The translations under genes and the position numbers were made by a program. Positions 13,361 to 26,630 of a stretch of DNA of 64,000 nt are shown piece by piece. This stretch comes from Paramecium tetraurelia (Eukaryota): NCBI GenBank assembly GCA_000165425.1, contig CT868185.1:372001-436000 (forward strand), given 5' to 3'. Positions within the stretch are counted from its first letter, which is position 1. The number at the start of each line of letters is the position of its first letter. The notes under the pieces were generated by a model. That model was not told the DNA's origin, searched no databases, and saw only the letters and a list, made by a program, of their open reading frames with translations.

Positions 13361-14674
13361 ATGAGAGAAATAATACAATTACAAATAGGATAATGTGGAA
13401 ATCAAATAGGAACTAAATTTTGGGAGGAAATAGCTCAAGAACACAGAATTGATGAAAATGGTTAACTAATTGAATAAGCACATGAATTTTAATAATACTT
13501 GGATGTTTACTTTAACGAAGTCAATGGAAATAGATACATACCAAGGAATGTATTGATAGATTTAGAACCAGGAACATTGGATAGCGTAAGGGCAAGCAGA
13601 TATGGAAAATTATTCAGACCTGACAATTTCGTATTTAGTTAAGGTGGAGCAGGTAATAACTTTGCAGTTGGACATTATACAAATGGAACTGAAATATTGG
13701 GTGAAGTTTTGGATGTAATAAGACATCAAGTTGAAAGTTCTGATTGTTTACAAGGATTTTAGTTGACCCATTCATTGGGAGGTGGTACAGGATCAGGATT
13801 TGGCACTTTATTACTATCAAAATTATAAGAGGATTACTGTGATAGAATATTTTAATCCTATTCAGTATTTCCTTCAATAAAAGTAAGCGATGCAGTGGTA
13901 GAATATTATAATACTGCTGTGTCTGTAAATCACTTAATTGAAAATTGCTCATAGTGTATGTCAATAGATAATGAAGCCCTGTACAACATTTGTACTAATA
14001 CATTAAAGCTAAAGAATACTTGTTATGGAGATCTAAATCACATAATATCAGCTTCAATGTCAGGAACTACTTGCTCACTTAGATTTCCAGGTTAATTAAA
14101 TAGTAGTTTGAGAAAATTAAGTGTGAATTTGGTACCATTCCCCAGATTACATTTCTTCACTACTTCATTTGCTCCTCTAACTTCAAGACATAGCATGTAA
14201 TATAGATCGTTAAAAATATCAGAAGTGAGTGATCAGATGTTTGATCCTTAGAATTAAATGTGTGCAATCAACTGCAAATAAGGAAGATATTTGACTGGAG
14301 CTTGCTTATTTAGAGGGTAATTTTCAAGTTCAGAAGTTGAGAAATAAATAACTCAATACTAAAAGAAGAACCCTTAGAATTAGGTTTAGTGGTTGCCCAA
14401 TAATATGAAGGTTTCTCAATGCAATGTTTCTTAGAGGGGAGTAGTTAATTCTGGTACGTTCGTTGGAAACACGACTGCTATAAATGAAATGTTCAGAAGA
14501 ATTTACAATAATTTCTAGGCCATGTTCAAACGAAAAGCTTTCCTTCATTGGTACACTAACGAGGGAATGGATGAATTGGAATTCACTGAAGCTGGTGCGA
14601 ATGTGCAAGATCTAATCTCAGAATACTTACAATATTCAGAAATTAATGATGATGATGGTGACGAGTAAGAATGA
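13361..14674 (+). CDS. Divergent beta-like tubulin (theta-tubulin-like), intronless, 437 aa
   Basis: [57 protein letters not shown], with many non-canonical substitutions. Confidence 0.9.
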
Positions 14675-14766
14675 TTAATTAAATTTATTGTATATACTTT
14701 GATAAGAATTTAGATCATTTAAATATTTTCCTCTCTTTTAATTTTTGCTGATTATTATTTCACAAA

Positions 14767-16421
14767 ATGAATAATCAGAAAATTATCAACAATGTTTACA
14801 TTACAAAAAAAAGAATTTCTGCTGGGTCATTTGGAGTTGTCTATCAAGGGTAAGATATTAATACAAGAAATTTTGTTGCCATAAAGATCGACAAAGAAAA
14901 TAAAGAAGACTCAAGCTTATTAAGAGAAGTATTAGGATTTCTTATTTTAGGCCGAAATTTTAAGAAGACTGCAACATTTATAACACATACCGAAATTGTA
15001 CTGGGCTGGAAAGGAACAAGAATCCTATGTTCTAGTCATACAATATTTAGGGAGAGATTTAACTCACTATATGAAGACTTTTCGAAAATTTTCTCTCAAA
15101 TGTGTCCTTAATGTAGCTGAATAGATGATCAACATATTAGAAAGTTTACATAAGAAGTATATTGATTACTTAGTTTAGCAAAGTCTTGCATAGAGACATA
15201 AAACCAGAAAATGTCTTAGTTGGAAAGGATGACGATGATAATCAGCTCTACATTGTAGATTTTGGCATCAGTAAGTTTTACAAAGATGAAAATGAATCCC
15301 ATATGTATCATTTCAATTAATTTAAACTTAGCTCTTTTCGAGAGAATTAGCCATTTATAGGGACCTCTAGATATGCTAGTATCAATGCTCACAGAGGCTA
15401 TTCCTTGAGTCGAAGGGATGATATGGAGTCTCTTGGCTATATGCTCATATTTTTACTCAAAGGTATTGATGATTATTAACAAAAAAGGGTAGTTGCCATG
15501 GTAAAATTTACAGTTCACCTCGGAGGAAAACAAAATTAAGTAGGTAGGTTAAATGAAAATGAAGATGGAAGTGAGTGAATTATGCAAAGGCCTACCCATT
15601 GAATTTGGAAGATATTTAGATTACGTTAGAGGCTTACCTTTTAAATCCGAACCAAATTATAAATACTGTTAATCCTTATTTAAAAAAATATAAAACGAAC
15701 ACAATTATGTCCCAAAAGAGCTGGTTTTTGATTGGAACATCTCTCAAAGGGGGGATAAAGAAGGTTAGAGCTCGAGCAGTAACTTATTCAATAGTAAACC
15801 GTCGATGTAACTAAAGATACATGATAATTTTAGATTTAAAAAATCCAAGGAAGATATGTCATCCAATAACATTTTGGGATCTTAACTAAATTAGTCAATC
15901 GAATAAGAGATTAATTCTTTATTAAAGACACCTGAATAGAAAAGATCTACCTTAACTCCTGAGATCCATCGAAATAAGGGTAGAATGTAATCTATGAGCA
16001 GTTATAATGACTCAATATCAGAGATTGATTTCAATAATAGTGTCATGTTGGGAATCTAGCCTAGCATATTAAGTAGATTAAGCAAGATTTCTTTTAACTC
16101 AAATTCAATTGTGAGAAATAGTAAGTCAAATATTTCTTTGACTCCTGAGATTAAAGCATAAGGCAAGATCTAGCAAATTCAACCGGATCCATATTTAGAA
16201 AAATTAACAGGAGTAAAGAAACGTAAATCTTAGCTTAGTTATTCTTCGCGTCGCGGCAAGAAGGATGATGAAACTATTTTCGAGTGTTCAAAGATGAATG
16301 AAGCTGAAGAAGGAATAGAAAGAAAATACATAGAATTAAAGCATCGTTTTATAAATGCGTATGTAAATTTAAGTTATTAAATAGTCGTTTCAAATTTTAG
16401 CCAAATAAAAGTCTAAAGTGA
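14767..16421 (+). CDS. Casein kinase 1 family kinase
   Basis: [46 protein letters not shown]. Confidence 0.92.
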
Positions 16422-16559
16422 ATGTTTTAAGAGTAATTTTTTTCATATTCTCTGCCATATTTATTATACATATAAAATATCAAATTCATGACTTTGAAAT
16501 TCTGAGCACATTATCTGTTTATTTGAAAGCTAATAAGATTATGCAAATATAATTACTTT

Positions 16560-18056
16560 TCACTTTGTTTCTTGCTAAGTCAAAGTGGACACTCTTGTTG
16601 TGTGTGCAATGAGTTCCCTTTTCTTTTTACAAAGCCTCTTAGAATCTCGTATTGATAGATTTGAAGTATTTGCGTTTCTCTGCTGGATTCATAAACAAAT
16701 ATACAGGAACAGAATTCATAATTTCCTTTAGAGTTTTCAATTTGTTAGGATTCTTTCTAACTTCACTATAATCGTCACCCTCTATGGTTTCATCTTCATC
16801 TTGAATAGGACTATCTTACTAATCCTAAGAATTGACTTATTCTTCTTATTTTTTATGTAATTTCAAAATGGCTTTCTCTTCCTTTTATTTAATCTTGGTG
16901 TTCTGCTGTTATTGCAATTCCTTTTTTTCTTTTCCATTTTTTTTTTAAACCTTTTAAGGTACCTAAATGACTTATTCTTCTTCCTGTTCCTCTTATTCTT
17001 CTTATTAATTGAATTCTTGTTGTTCTTCATTTTATTATTATTATACATGGTGTTCGTCCTATTATTTTCCTACTTTTGGTTTTTGTATTTATTGAGTTTC
17101 TTAATTATTATTTTTTGTCTTCTTCTTCTTTGGAGCCTCTTGAACTTGAACTTGAGGTGACTCCTCCAATTCCTCTGTGAAATTAAAAATCTCAGCAACT
17201 CTATAAAGAGACTTCCTATTTTAAGGATTGACACTCCTACAGATAGTAAATATTCTATTACTCAGATGATGCTAATTTGAAGACGTAGTTCCCATATTTT
17301 CTAGAATCGAATGCTGGCAAATAATTTTCATTTTTTTGTCTCTCCTCTATGTACTCATAGACGTATTGAATAGTTTTATCTCTCAGTGTCTTATTGGGAC
17401 TGTGCTTAAGAATGTCCAAGAATCCTTCAAGGAGATCCTTAACCTGCACATGTGTAACAGTGGAATCACTCATATGTTTAGCCAAACACTAAACAAATAT
17501 TTGGATGAAGTGCAATGTGGCTCCCTATACTAAATAGAGTTATGATAAGGAGTCATACCAGTCTGAAATTCTGTCAGATTCAGAACACTCTCGTGATACA
17601 GAGCTATCAATTGGGGAACTGTCTTCCAATTAAAATGCTTGCATATTTTTATTTACTCTTCTATGATTTCCCTAAATAGAAGCATAAATTTATTGATGCG
17701 CCAATAATCAATCTTCTCCCATTCGAACATAAACACATGGAACATGGCTTTGGAGAATTGGATGAATGCATTGAAATTGGAGTAGAACATTCTTGTGAGC
17801 TATGAAATTTCAGTCGCAAGAATCTATTGATTTTGATACTTGTCCGAGCTCCACATTGCTTACAATTAGAAAGTGAAATACCATAATAGAGAGCCTTCCA
17901 TATTTTTTTATAATCCGACATTAGCAAAGGCTTGGTGAGGACCTTCTTTAACTCTGTGATAGTTTGCTTCCTATTCATCGGGTCTATCGCAATTAACAAA
18001 AACTCCTTACCGAGAAGAGTAATCTGTTGCAAAAAATCCACAGACACTGTAGTCAT
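16560..18056 (-). CDS. RRP1: RRP1/Nop52 rRNA processing protein
   Basis: KIWKALYY|AMWSSDK...EWEKIDYWRINKFMLLFR matches the Nop52 domain; charged C-terminus. Confidence 0.8.
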
Positions 18057-18124
18057 ATATTAATTTTTATTTAAATAAATCAATTCCTTTCATTTTTATA
18101 TTTTTACAACATTTTCATATATTA

Positions 18125-18315
18125 CAAATGTGTCCAACTGCAATTGCATTCCCAATCCATGTGACTTTCTTGGTTATGGCGTTTCTCACAAAGTTTATTT
18201 TTGGCATTCCGTAATTTCTTACTTTACCCTCCTATTTGTGAGAGATCGGGAGGCCCTTTGTAAATAGGGGGTAATATAATTAAATGGGGAGACCTTGAGT
18301 TTAAGTTGATCTAAT
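18125..18315. ncRNA. Candidate structured non-coding RNA, class unassigned
   Basis: GC-richer intergenic island with several stems, e.g. TTACCC(T)CCTATTT/AAATAGGGGGTAA and TCTCACAAA/TTTGTGAGA. Confidence 0.4.
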
Positions 18316-18415
18316 GGATGATGAATATGCCTTAATTATATTGAGTTTAATTAAATTATATTAACAAATGAATCGGGCATCTCATAAATGATTGAAGAGA
18401 GTAGTAAATAACCGA

Positions 18416-18488
18416 GCCGGTTTAGCTCAGTGGTTAGAGCTTTTGCCTTGTAAGCAAAGGGTCGAGAGTTCAATTCTCTCAATCGGCT
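18416..18488 (+). tRNA. tRNA-Thr(UGU)
   Basis: Cloverleaf: acceptor GCCGGTT/AATCGGC, D arm GCTC/GAGC, anticodon arm TTTGC-CT TGT AA-GCAAA, T arm GAGAG-TTCAATT-CTCTC. Confidence 0.96.
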
Positions 18489-18492
18489 GTTC

Positions 18493-18498
18493 TTTTTT
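18493..18498 (+). terminator. Pol III T-run terminator of tRNA-Thr
   Basis: T6 run 4 nt after the discriminator base. Confidence 0.75.
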
Positions 18499-18799
18499 AA
18501 TTTTTTAATATTAATAAAATATTAAATAGCCAATTACGAGGGGTTGAATTTTAATTAATTATCCACACAAACATTGGAAGAAGCAATCAGATATTTTTTA
18601 AATTAGGAACAAAAATAAGAAATTGCCTATTTGTTAACCTCTTTCACATTAAGCTCTGAAATTTTTGATTACTAAATTCAGATTTTGTGATTTCTATGAA
18701 TGTCAAAAGACAAGACACTTATTTGAAAATAAATAGATAAAGAAGCAATGATACGGAAGAGGATGACAATTAATTAATAAGAATCTTGCTTAGACAATA

Positions 18800-19806
18800 T
18801 CAAATATATTTCAAATTTTGTATCAACCACAGGGTATATCTATAGAGCATCTGATATTACTCGGGTGTCTAGATCATTAAGGCTCTCTACTCTCTCAATC
18901 TTCTAACAATGCTAAATATAGATATTTTTGCTTTATTATTTATTAATAACTATTTTATATGGCATATGGCTAAAAATGTCCCTGTTCTTCCAACTCCAGC
19001 ACTGCAATGGATCACTGGTCTCTTATTTTACATACCAGCCTTATTTGAGATATCAGCAAGCATATCAAGAATTCTTAATTCATCATTGCCTACAACACCA
19101 AAATCATTCCAATTAGTCCATTGATAATGAATGATCTCTCTGTATTCCACCTAAGTTTTGATGATGATTTTATGTTAAAAGATAGACTTCAGAATCTCCT
19201 CTTAAGAAATCGATTGCACCTCATAAGGACCAAATTATGCCTTCTAACCTGTTTTTGGCCAATACTTTTCACATTGGACCTAAGAAAAACAACAGAAAAT
19301 ACTCTCCCTTTATCAAAGAAATTACACAACATGATCACTACCTAAACATTGTTGGTCCAAACCATATGCCAAAAATCAATTATGGACTCTGGAATTGGGC
19401 CCTAAGTTGCTATGTATTGCTTTTCAACATTATTAATTCCCCGTATGTAATTTGCATTGATGTAAAATTTATCTTTAGACATAATCAATTTATTTGGTGA
19501 TTAGACTTCTGGTTTTACAATCGAATGAGAAACTAAGAAATTAAGGGTAAATATACATGGCAAAATATTTGAGTATCTATTTAGTTTTTAAACTTGGACA
19601 TCCTTAACTAGATACTTTTCATGTTATGCAGTTTCGGTGTTTTGTCTAAGGTATTAAAATTCGTATTCATAATTCCTTTTCTGAACTGTCTTAACGAATT
19701 CTTCAATTGGTTATGCTCTTTCGAATTACATAAACTTCTAGTCCTATCCACGAAATGATAAATCAAACGGTATTAAAGGACCATCCTCTTAAGGTTTTTA
19801 AATCAT
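18800..19806 (-). CDS. Classical protein tyrosine phosphatase
   Basis: KLNRYSNILP, YINANYI, YIATQGP, DFWHMVW, QCEKYWP, WNDFG, IHCSAGVGRTG, QRALMIQTPEQY. Confidence 0.92.
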
Positions 19807-21658
19807 AATTAATTAATTTTAGTTATAAACTCATCCAATTTCATTGATTAATGCTTATGATTATCTCCTCTCTCCCTGACATCCACTGTGTTTGACTCTT
19901 ACTCCTTGGCTCCAACAGTTATAATATAATTGAAGTGTAGCATCTCCCCCTTTCTTATTCTCTTCCCCAAAGTCTACTCAGTATCCTCCAATTCCACTTC
20001 AAATCCTAACTTATACAATTAATCATAAATTTCCTTTGCATATTACTTTGAGATTTCACTTACAGGAATTATCATTACCTATCTAGGGGATAACCAAAAT
20101 GGCCATTTTCCATTGTATTGCTCTGTGAGAATGGCCATCATTCTTTCAATTGAACCCAGAATGGCTCTATGGATCATTACTGGTCTTGAGAATTTATCAT
20201 TTTCATGATGATAAGTGAGATCAAATCTCTCAGGTAAATTGAAATCTAATTGAATTGTACCACATTGATGCTATTTCTGATTATGATCCCTTATTAAGAC
20301 ATCTATCTTCGGACCATAGAATGCTCCATCTCCAGGATTTTCTGTGTATTGCGTGTCAGACAATGCAATTCTCAATTACCTTTCAGCCTCATCCCATATC
20401 TGCAAATCCCCTATATACTTATCAGGCCTAGTTGACAAGGTCAGCTCCCAAGTAAACCCAAAACGACCATAAACCCTACTCAAAAAGTCTAAGGTATTCT
20501 TAATTTCTTATTGAATTTGTTCAATCGTACAAAATATGTGAGCATCATCTTAAGTGAACTTACGTACCCTTGTTAATCCAGTCAAAGTTCCATGCACCTC
20601 ATTTCTGTGCAAAACACCAAAATCAGCAAATCTAATTGGTAACTCTTTATAACTGTGCTGTAGTGTTTTGTACAGTAAACAATGACCAGGACAATTCATA
20701 GGCTTCAATCCCATCTAATGATCATGAGTCATATAGATGTTTTCTGCATACTTATCCAAATGACCAGATTACTTCCACAACTCCTTATTGAACAACTATG
20801 GTGTTATGACCTCTTAATACCCACGTTCTCTATACTCCTTACGAATCATCTCTATTAACTTATTATATATTTTGGTTCCATGAGGTAAAAAGAAAGCACT
20901 TCCTGGAGCTAATTTGTTGAATACAAATAAATGCTAATGCTTTCCTATGTGTCTATGATCGCATTCTTATTATTTTTGATATTCTTAAAATAGCTTTGAA
21001 TTTGGAAATGCTATGCCCTAATACCTATAACTATTCTAATATGGTTATGAGTGATTAATTATCAATTTATATATGCGATTTGTATGATCAATGTGAGGAC
21101 CTTTACATAAATCTATGAAATCATCTAATTTATAAATCTGATACTGTTGGAAGGCAGTCTATTTGATTTTACTCAATTTATATGAGTTTTTGCTGAATAA
21201 TTGCAATGCTTCATTCTAGGATATGCTCTGAATTTCAAAAAGGTGTTTTTTCTATTTCAAATACTATTCAATTTCCTAGTTAAGTTAATCTAATTCAATT
21301 TCCTTATCCATTTTGCATTGATAATAGAATCTAAGAAATGTGATTTATAATCTTACCCATTTTCTGTGGATGGTCCAAATTCCAACTCAGCTCCAAATTT
21401 ACTTAGAATGGCACCTAAAACATGAGCGCTTGAATGCCAAAAGACTCTTCTGGCGTCTTAGTTGGAGAAATCCAAAAATTCAATAGTGCAATCCTATTTA
21501 ATTTCTCTATTGAGATCATGCAGAGATGTACTACCATCTTTGTTTGTTACCTTAGCAATGAAAGCATCTTTAGGGACACTCAATTACGATGGCTTAAGTA
21601 TCGAATACTGCTTATTCTAATAAAGAACTTACTAAGTAAATTTATAAACAATTTTCAT
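19803..21658 (-). CDS. Threonyl-tRNA synthetase, probably mitochondrial
   Basis: [90 protein letters not shown]. Short basic N-terminus. Confidence 0.93.
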
Positions 21659-22094
21659 AAATAATTATTTTATAGGAGAGCCTAAAATTTTATTAGAGTA
21701 ATGAGTTAACTATTATAAATTTTAAATGATTACAAACTCATAGGGCATTTTCGTATATAATTAGTTAATGGTCTCCATTGAAGAATTATGATTATCTATT
21801 TGAATCATAGCGATTATTCATAACAAATGATAATCCTTAGAGATTGAACTTATAAGCCCAGTGAATTTAAAAGTCAAGAAGTTAGACAATTTGGAATAAT
21901 ACTAAATCAGTTAAACAGTTAAGAGTAGATTTTTCAATACAGAGTAAGCTTTGGTAATCATTATTTAAAAGTATTGTTATCATTTATTCCTTTAGAAAAG
22001 GAGAATAAATTCAATTAGAATTTTCTTTTATTGGAATTAAAAATAATTGTACTAAATGTATATATTGAATTATAAACGTGTATTAATAATCATA

Positions 22095-23627
22095 TCATTA
22101 CAAATTTCTTTCTTCATATAGCAAACAATTATCTGGTTCAACGCAATACAAGAATTTCATTCCAAAAGTAATATCCTTAACCTCAGGGTTCAATGTAATC
22201 TTGTATTATCTCACTAATCTAGCTACAATCATTTTGACTTCCATAACTGCCATATGTTGTCCAATGCAATTTCTAGGTCCAGCAGCAAATGGAATATGGA
22301 TAAATCCGTTATCATTCTTAATTACATTTCCCTTATTCAACCATCTCTTATAATCAAACTCCTAAGCATTTTCAAAATGTTTGTCAAGCAATCCTGGACC
22401 AATGTGGTATGCGACACTAAACCATCCCTTCTTCATCTTAACATCTAATAATTATTTGTCTTATCTAACAGTTCTAAACACTGGAGAAAATGCAGGGTTT
22501 CTTAATCTTAACACTTCTTAGATCAATGCATTTACTCTGACTAACTTATTCAAATGCTCTTCCTTAATATCTCCTTATTCTCCTACTACTTCAATGACCT
22601 CCTTCAATATCTCTTCTTACATTTCTGGGAATTATGCCAAATAATATAAACATGTTCCTGAAGTAGTAGCAGTTGTGTCTGTACCTGCGAAAAACAATGT
22701 AATAAATTAATGGAGTATCTCCTCAGCATCCATGTCTTGCTTATTTTCTTTTTATTATTTTAAGTACTCTGTAACATATAAATCCAAGAATACCATTTTA
22801 TCCTAATTTTCTATTTATTAATTTTTAAGTTATTCAATTCTTTTCTCTATCATTGCCATAATAACCTATTTAAAGTCGCTTATTCTTTTGAGGAGCTACT
22901 TCTCCTTTTTTGTTGGGAAAATAGACCATGACTTGTACTCGAATAACATTTGCTTTAATTAAATGAATGGATTGTTCATTGGCATTAAGAATATTTCGCT
23001 TAGGATTTCTACTATAGCAATCTAGGCATCTTTTCCTTCTATTTGAAATCCCTTGGCCAAATCTCCAAAGAAACTGTGAATCACCACTTCACCAGTAATT
23101 CTTGAAGTAAATTGATTCAGATTTGTCTTTGGATCACTCTTTGAAACTTTCTCAACCACTTGGTTGATCATGGGTAAACGAGAAGTGAGTTTCTCGAATG
23201 TGAATGCAGTTCCCAAAAACTTTCTTTATCTTTTCCAAGCTTCTCCTTCACTTAAAACCATCCCTTTTTATGCTATAGATTCCACCATGAAAGGATCTAC
23301 TTTAACATAACTTGTGTGATCCAAATAAATATCCTTTATGTATTCTGCTCCTGTCCATACCAAAACAGGTTTGTGGATGAAATTCGACAATATGACTACT
23401 GTCTATGGGTTCTTTTTTAATTGATTATTTATGATCTTTAGTAAGTCTCTCTCTTTAGCAAGAGAATCGTTGAAGATCTTATTCAATCCTGATAAAGGAT
23501 AGAACATCAATGCTGCCTTTGATCCAAGTTGCATTTTTATTTTTAACAAAGGAATAAGTGGTAAGAGTACCAGGAAGTAAATAATAGCGATTATCAATGA
23601 AGCTAGAGCTATATAGATGCTTAACAT
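22095..23627 (-). CDS. Cytochrome P450, intronless
   Basis: N-terminal TM anchor, I-helix FFAGTDTT, ExxR (QEVLR), heme motif PFAAGPRNCIG. Confidence 0.93.
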
Positions 23628-24843
23628 TTTTTATTATTAATAGATTAAATGAAAAAATCGAGTTTATAAACTTCGGGAATTCTAATTGGGATATTTTGTA
23701 ATTCCTAATTTTTAAGTATTTGGGGATAAATTCGAATTCTGAAATAAAATAAAAATTTAATATATAATTAATTTGTAGAATATTCAAATTCTTTTTTAAA
23801 TTTTTTAATTTATTATTTATAATGAATAAACTGATATTGCCTGACAATAAGAATATTGTTAATTTTTCACTCCATCTGCCTTGATTTGATGAAAGCTTTC
23901 AGTGTAATTAATGAGATCATCAGTTAGAACACATTTTTTTCATTGTTCAGATCTTGTTGGGTTTAAGTATGAAATCTGTCTGTTTTAATTGATCAAAAAT
24001 AATAATAGCATAGGAGATATCTAAATTAACATTATTTAATTATACTATCATATGATAGCTAGATATATTTATATGATTGATAAAAGCAACCAAAAAAATG
24101 AGATTTAAATTTAAGTTATTTTTAAAAATTAGTATGAAATTTTATATTATTATTTGTTCTCCCTTATAATATGACAATCTATATTATTTTCAACTAAGTT
24201 TCTTCCTGTCAATAATAATTATAACATATTTATTTCAATTATAGAATGTAATTACATAATACAATCGATTTTATATCCGTAAAATGGATTGAATATTTTA
24301 AGTTATCCTTAACAATAATAACAAGCGAATATGTTATTATTCAATAAATCTCTATTATAATCATTAATTTAATATGAAAAATATAAAACTGAAAAACTTT
24401 GAAGAATTCAAAAAGTTTTATAGATGAAAATGCCAAAATAAAAGTGTTCAAATATTTCTACAAATACAACAATTGCTTTGGTCTGATTTCTCAAGATGAT
24501 ATATAAGATTGCTAACAGGCTAAATTTTTAGAAAAAGTGACTTTGGATAAAACCATATTTAAAGGTGTTCATTCAGACCAACTAAGTTCCTATTCTAATA
24601 TGGAGTTCTACCAATTAAGTCATTTTAAATAACAAAGAAGTATTTCTTTAGAAATGCAGAATAAACATTTCATGACATGAATTAGAAGTATCAAATTTGG
24701 AGTAATATTATTGGGAAATGGAATTGATGACACAAGTCCATGAGGCGAATCGTTTAGGGGAATTCTTGGAGAAAGTAGTCGATTTTGATTTAATCGCGGT
24801 TGAGAACTAGTGAATATTATTATATACACTTCTCTCAATAATT

Positions 24844-26606
24844 ATGACAACTTAAAATTAATGGTCTGAATTGAACCTAGAGCCAATAATTCAAAAAGTG
24901 ATTGCAAACGAGTTTAAATTCTAGTACTTGATGCCTGTTTAAAAAGCAGCTATACCACACTTCATAAAAAACTATGATGTAGCTGTAGAAGCCTAGACGG
25001 GATCTGGTAAAACATTAACATTTTTGGTTCCATTATTTAACCAATTCTCAAAATAGAAGTACTCGGATCATTAACTATTTGGTTTGGTATTGTCACCTGC
25101 AAGAGAATTGGCACAATAGATTTACGATGTAGCAAAGAATTTCTAAAATGTGAACTAAGCCAAGATTGCCTTTGCTATAGGTGGAACTTCGAATGAACAC
25201 GATGTCAAATATTTAAATGAGAAGGGATGCAATATACTCATAGCAACACCTGGTAAGTTAAGACAGTTGTTGGATATGGCTGATTTGTAAGTAAATGTGA
25301 AAACTTTGGAATACTTGATCTTCGATGAGGCAGATAGACTAATGAGTAACGAATACTCGGATGACATTAGATTCATACTGTCCAAGTTACCTAAACAGAG
25401 AAGAACTGGCCTATTTTCAGCAACATTGTCATCTGCTAAAATCCATGATTTAATGAAATTGGGTTTAAGGAATCCAGTATAAGTTAAGGTAAATGCTAAT
25501 GAGACTATGCCAGCCAAATTGAGAAACTATTATCATATCTTTGAAAATAGAATGGACAAGATATCTGGATTAGTTGATCTGATTGAAAAGAAATGTCAGA
25601 ACAACAAGAGCATTATATTCTTTAATACTTGTTGTTCTGTTGTCTATTACAGTATCATATTTAAACAGCTATTTCCTGATTGCAATTTTTTGAGTATGAA
25701 TGGATAGATGGCTTAAAAGAAGAGACAAAAGATAGTGGCTAATTTCAAATCTACAAATAGTGTGATATTATTCACAACTGATGTTTTGGCAAGAGGACTT
25801 GATTTTGACGATGTTCCTTTGGTCATCTAATTTGATCCACCTCAGGATCCAAGTTTCTTTATTCATAGATCAGGTAGAACAGCAAGACAGGGAAGAGATG
25901 GGGAAGCTATTCTATTGCTCGAATAACATGAAAGAGGATTCATCTAATTCTTAGGAAGATCGAATATCGAAATGAACTAATTGGAGGATGTTGCATTTGA
26001 TTGTCAATTTTAATAGTTGAAGGAGAAATGCTTAAAAATAGTAACTACTGATAGGGATATTATAGAGAAAGGCAAGGCAGCGTTCATTTCATTCATTCGA
26101 AGTTACAAGGAGCACAAATTATAGATATTGTTTCAATTCAATTAATTGAATATAGGTAAAGTAGCTTGTTCATTCTTCCTTTTAAGAATTCCAAGAATAA
26201 AAGAGATATTGAGTAAGAAAATTGAGTTTGAATAAAGTCAGATTGATCCAAACTCCATACCTTTTTTAGATAAGAATCAAGAAAAGCAATACTTATAAAA
26301 AAGGGAAAATAAGGATAAGAAATTGGAGGAAAAGAACATACAATAATTGCCGAAACAATAGGTGCCTAAGAAATAAGAAAAAAACATTAAGAACATCAAA
26401 TCCATTAGAAAGAAGGTTAAGCAATAACATGTATAAGAGGATGATGAAGAATTGAGAGCGTAATTATTGTGATCAATTTTAGGGAGTAAAATCTAGTCAG
26501 GAAATTGAAGCAAGGCAAAATCACACTTCAGCAATTTAAGGACAGAATGAAGGATTTTGATCCAGAAGATTTATAAGATGCTGATTATGATAAAGATGAT
26601 TTGTGA
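24844..26606 (+). CDS. DDX55: DEAD-box RNA helicase, DDX55/Spb4-like
   Basis: [64 protein letters not shown]. Confidence 0.88.
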
Positions 26607-26630
26607 TAAATTATTATTGTATATAAACAA

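Noticed and set aside
18125..18315. Telomerase RNA, RNase P/MRP or U1 identity for the structured island
   Set aside because: No C4A2-type template, no matching P4 (CR-I/CR-V) pair and no ACUUACCU 5' end.
24370..24830. Possible small gene between the P450 and DDX55 (similar patches at 18540-18790, 28570-29100 and 36830-37330)
   Set aside because: Coding-like patches without a consistent frame or recognisable motif; probably decayed remnants that I cannot support.
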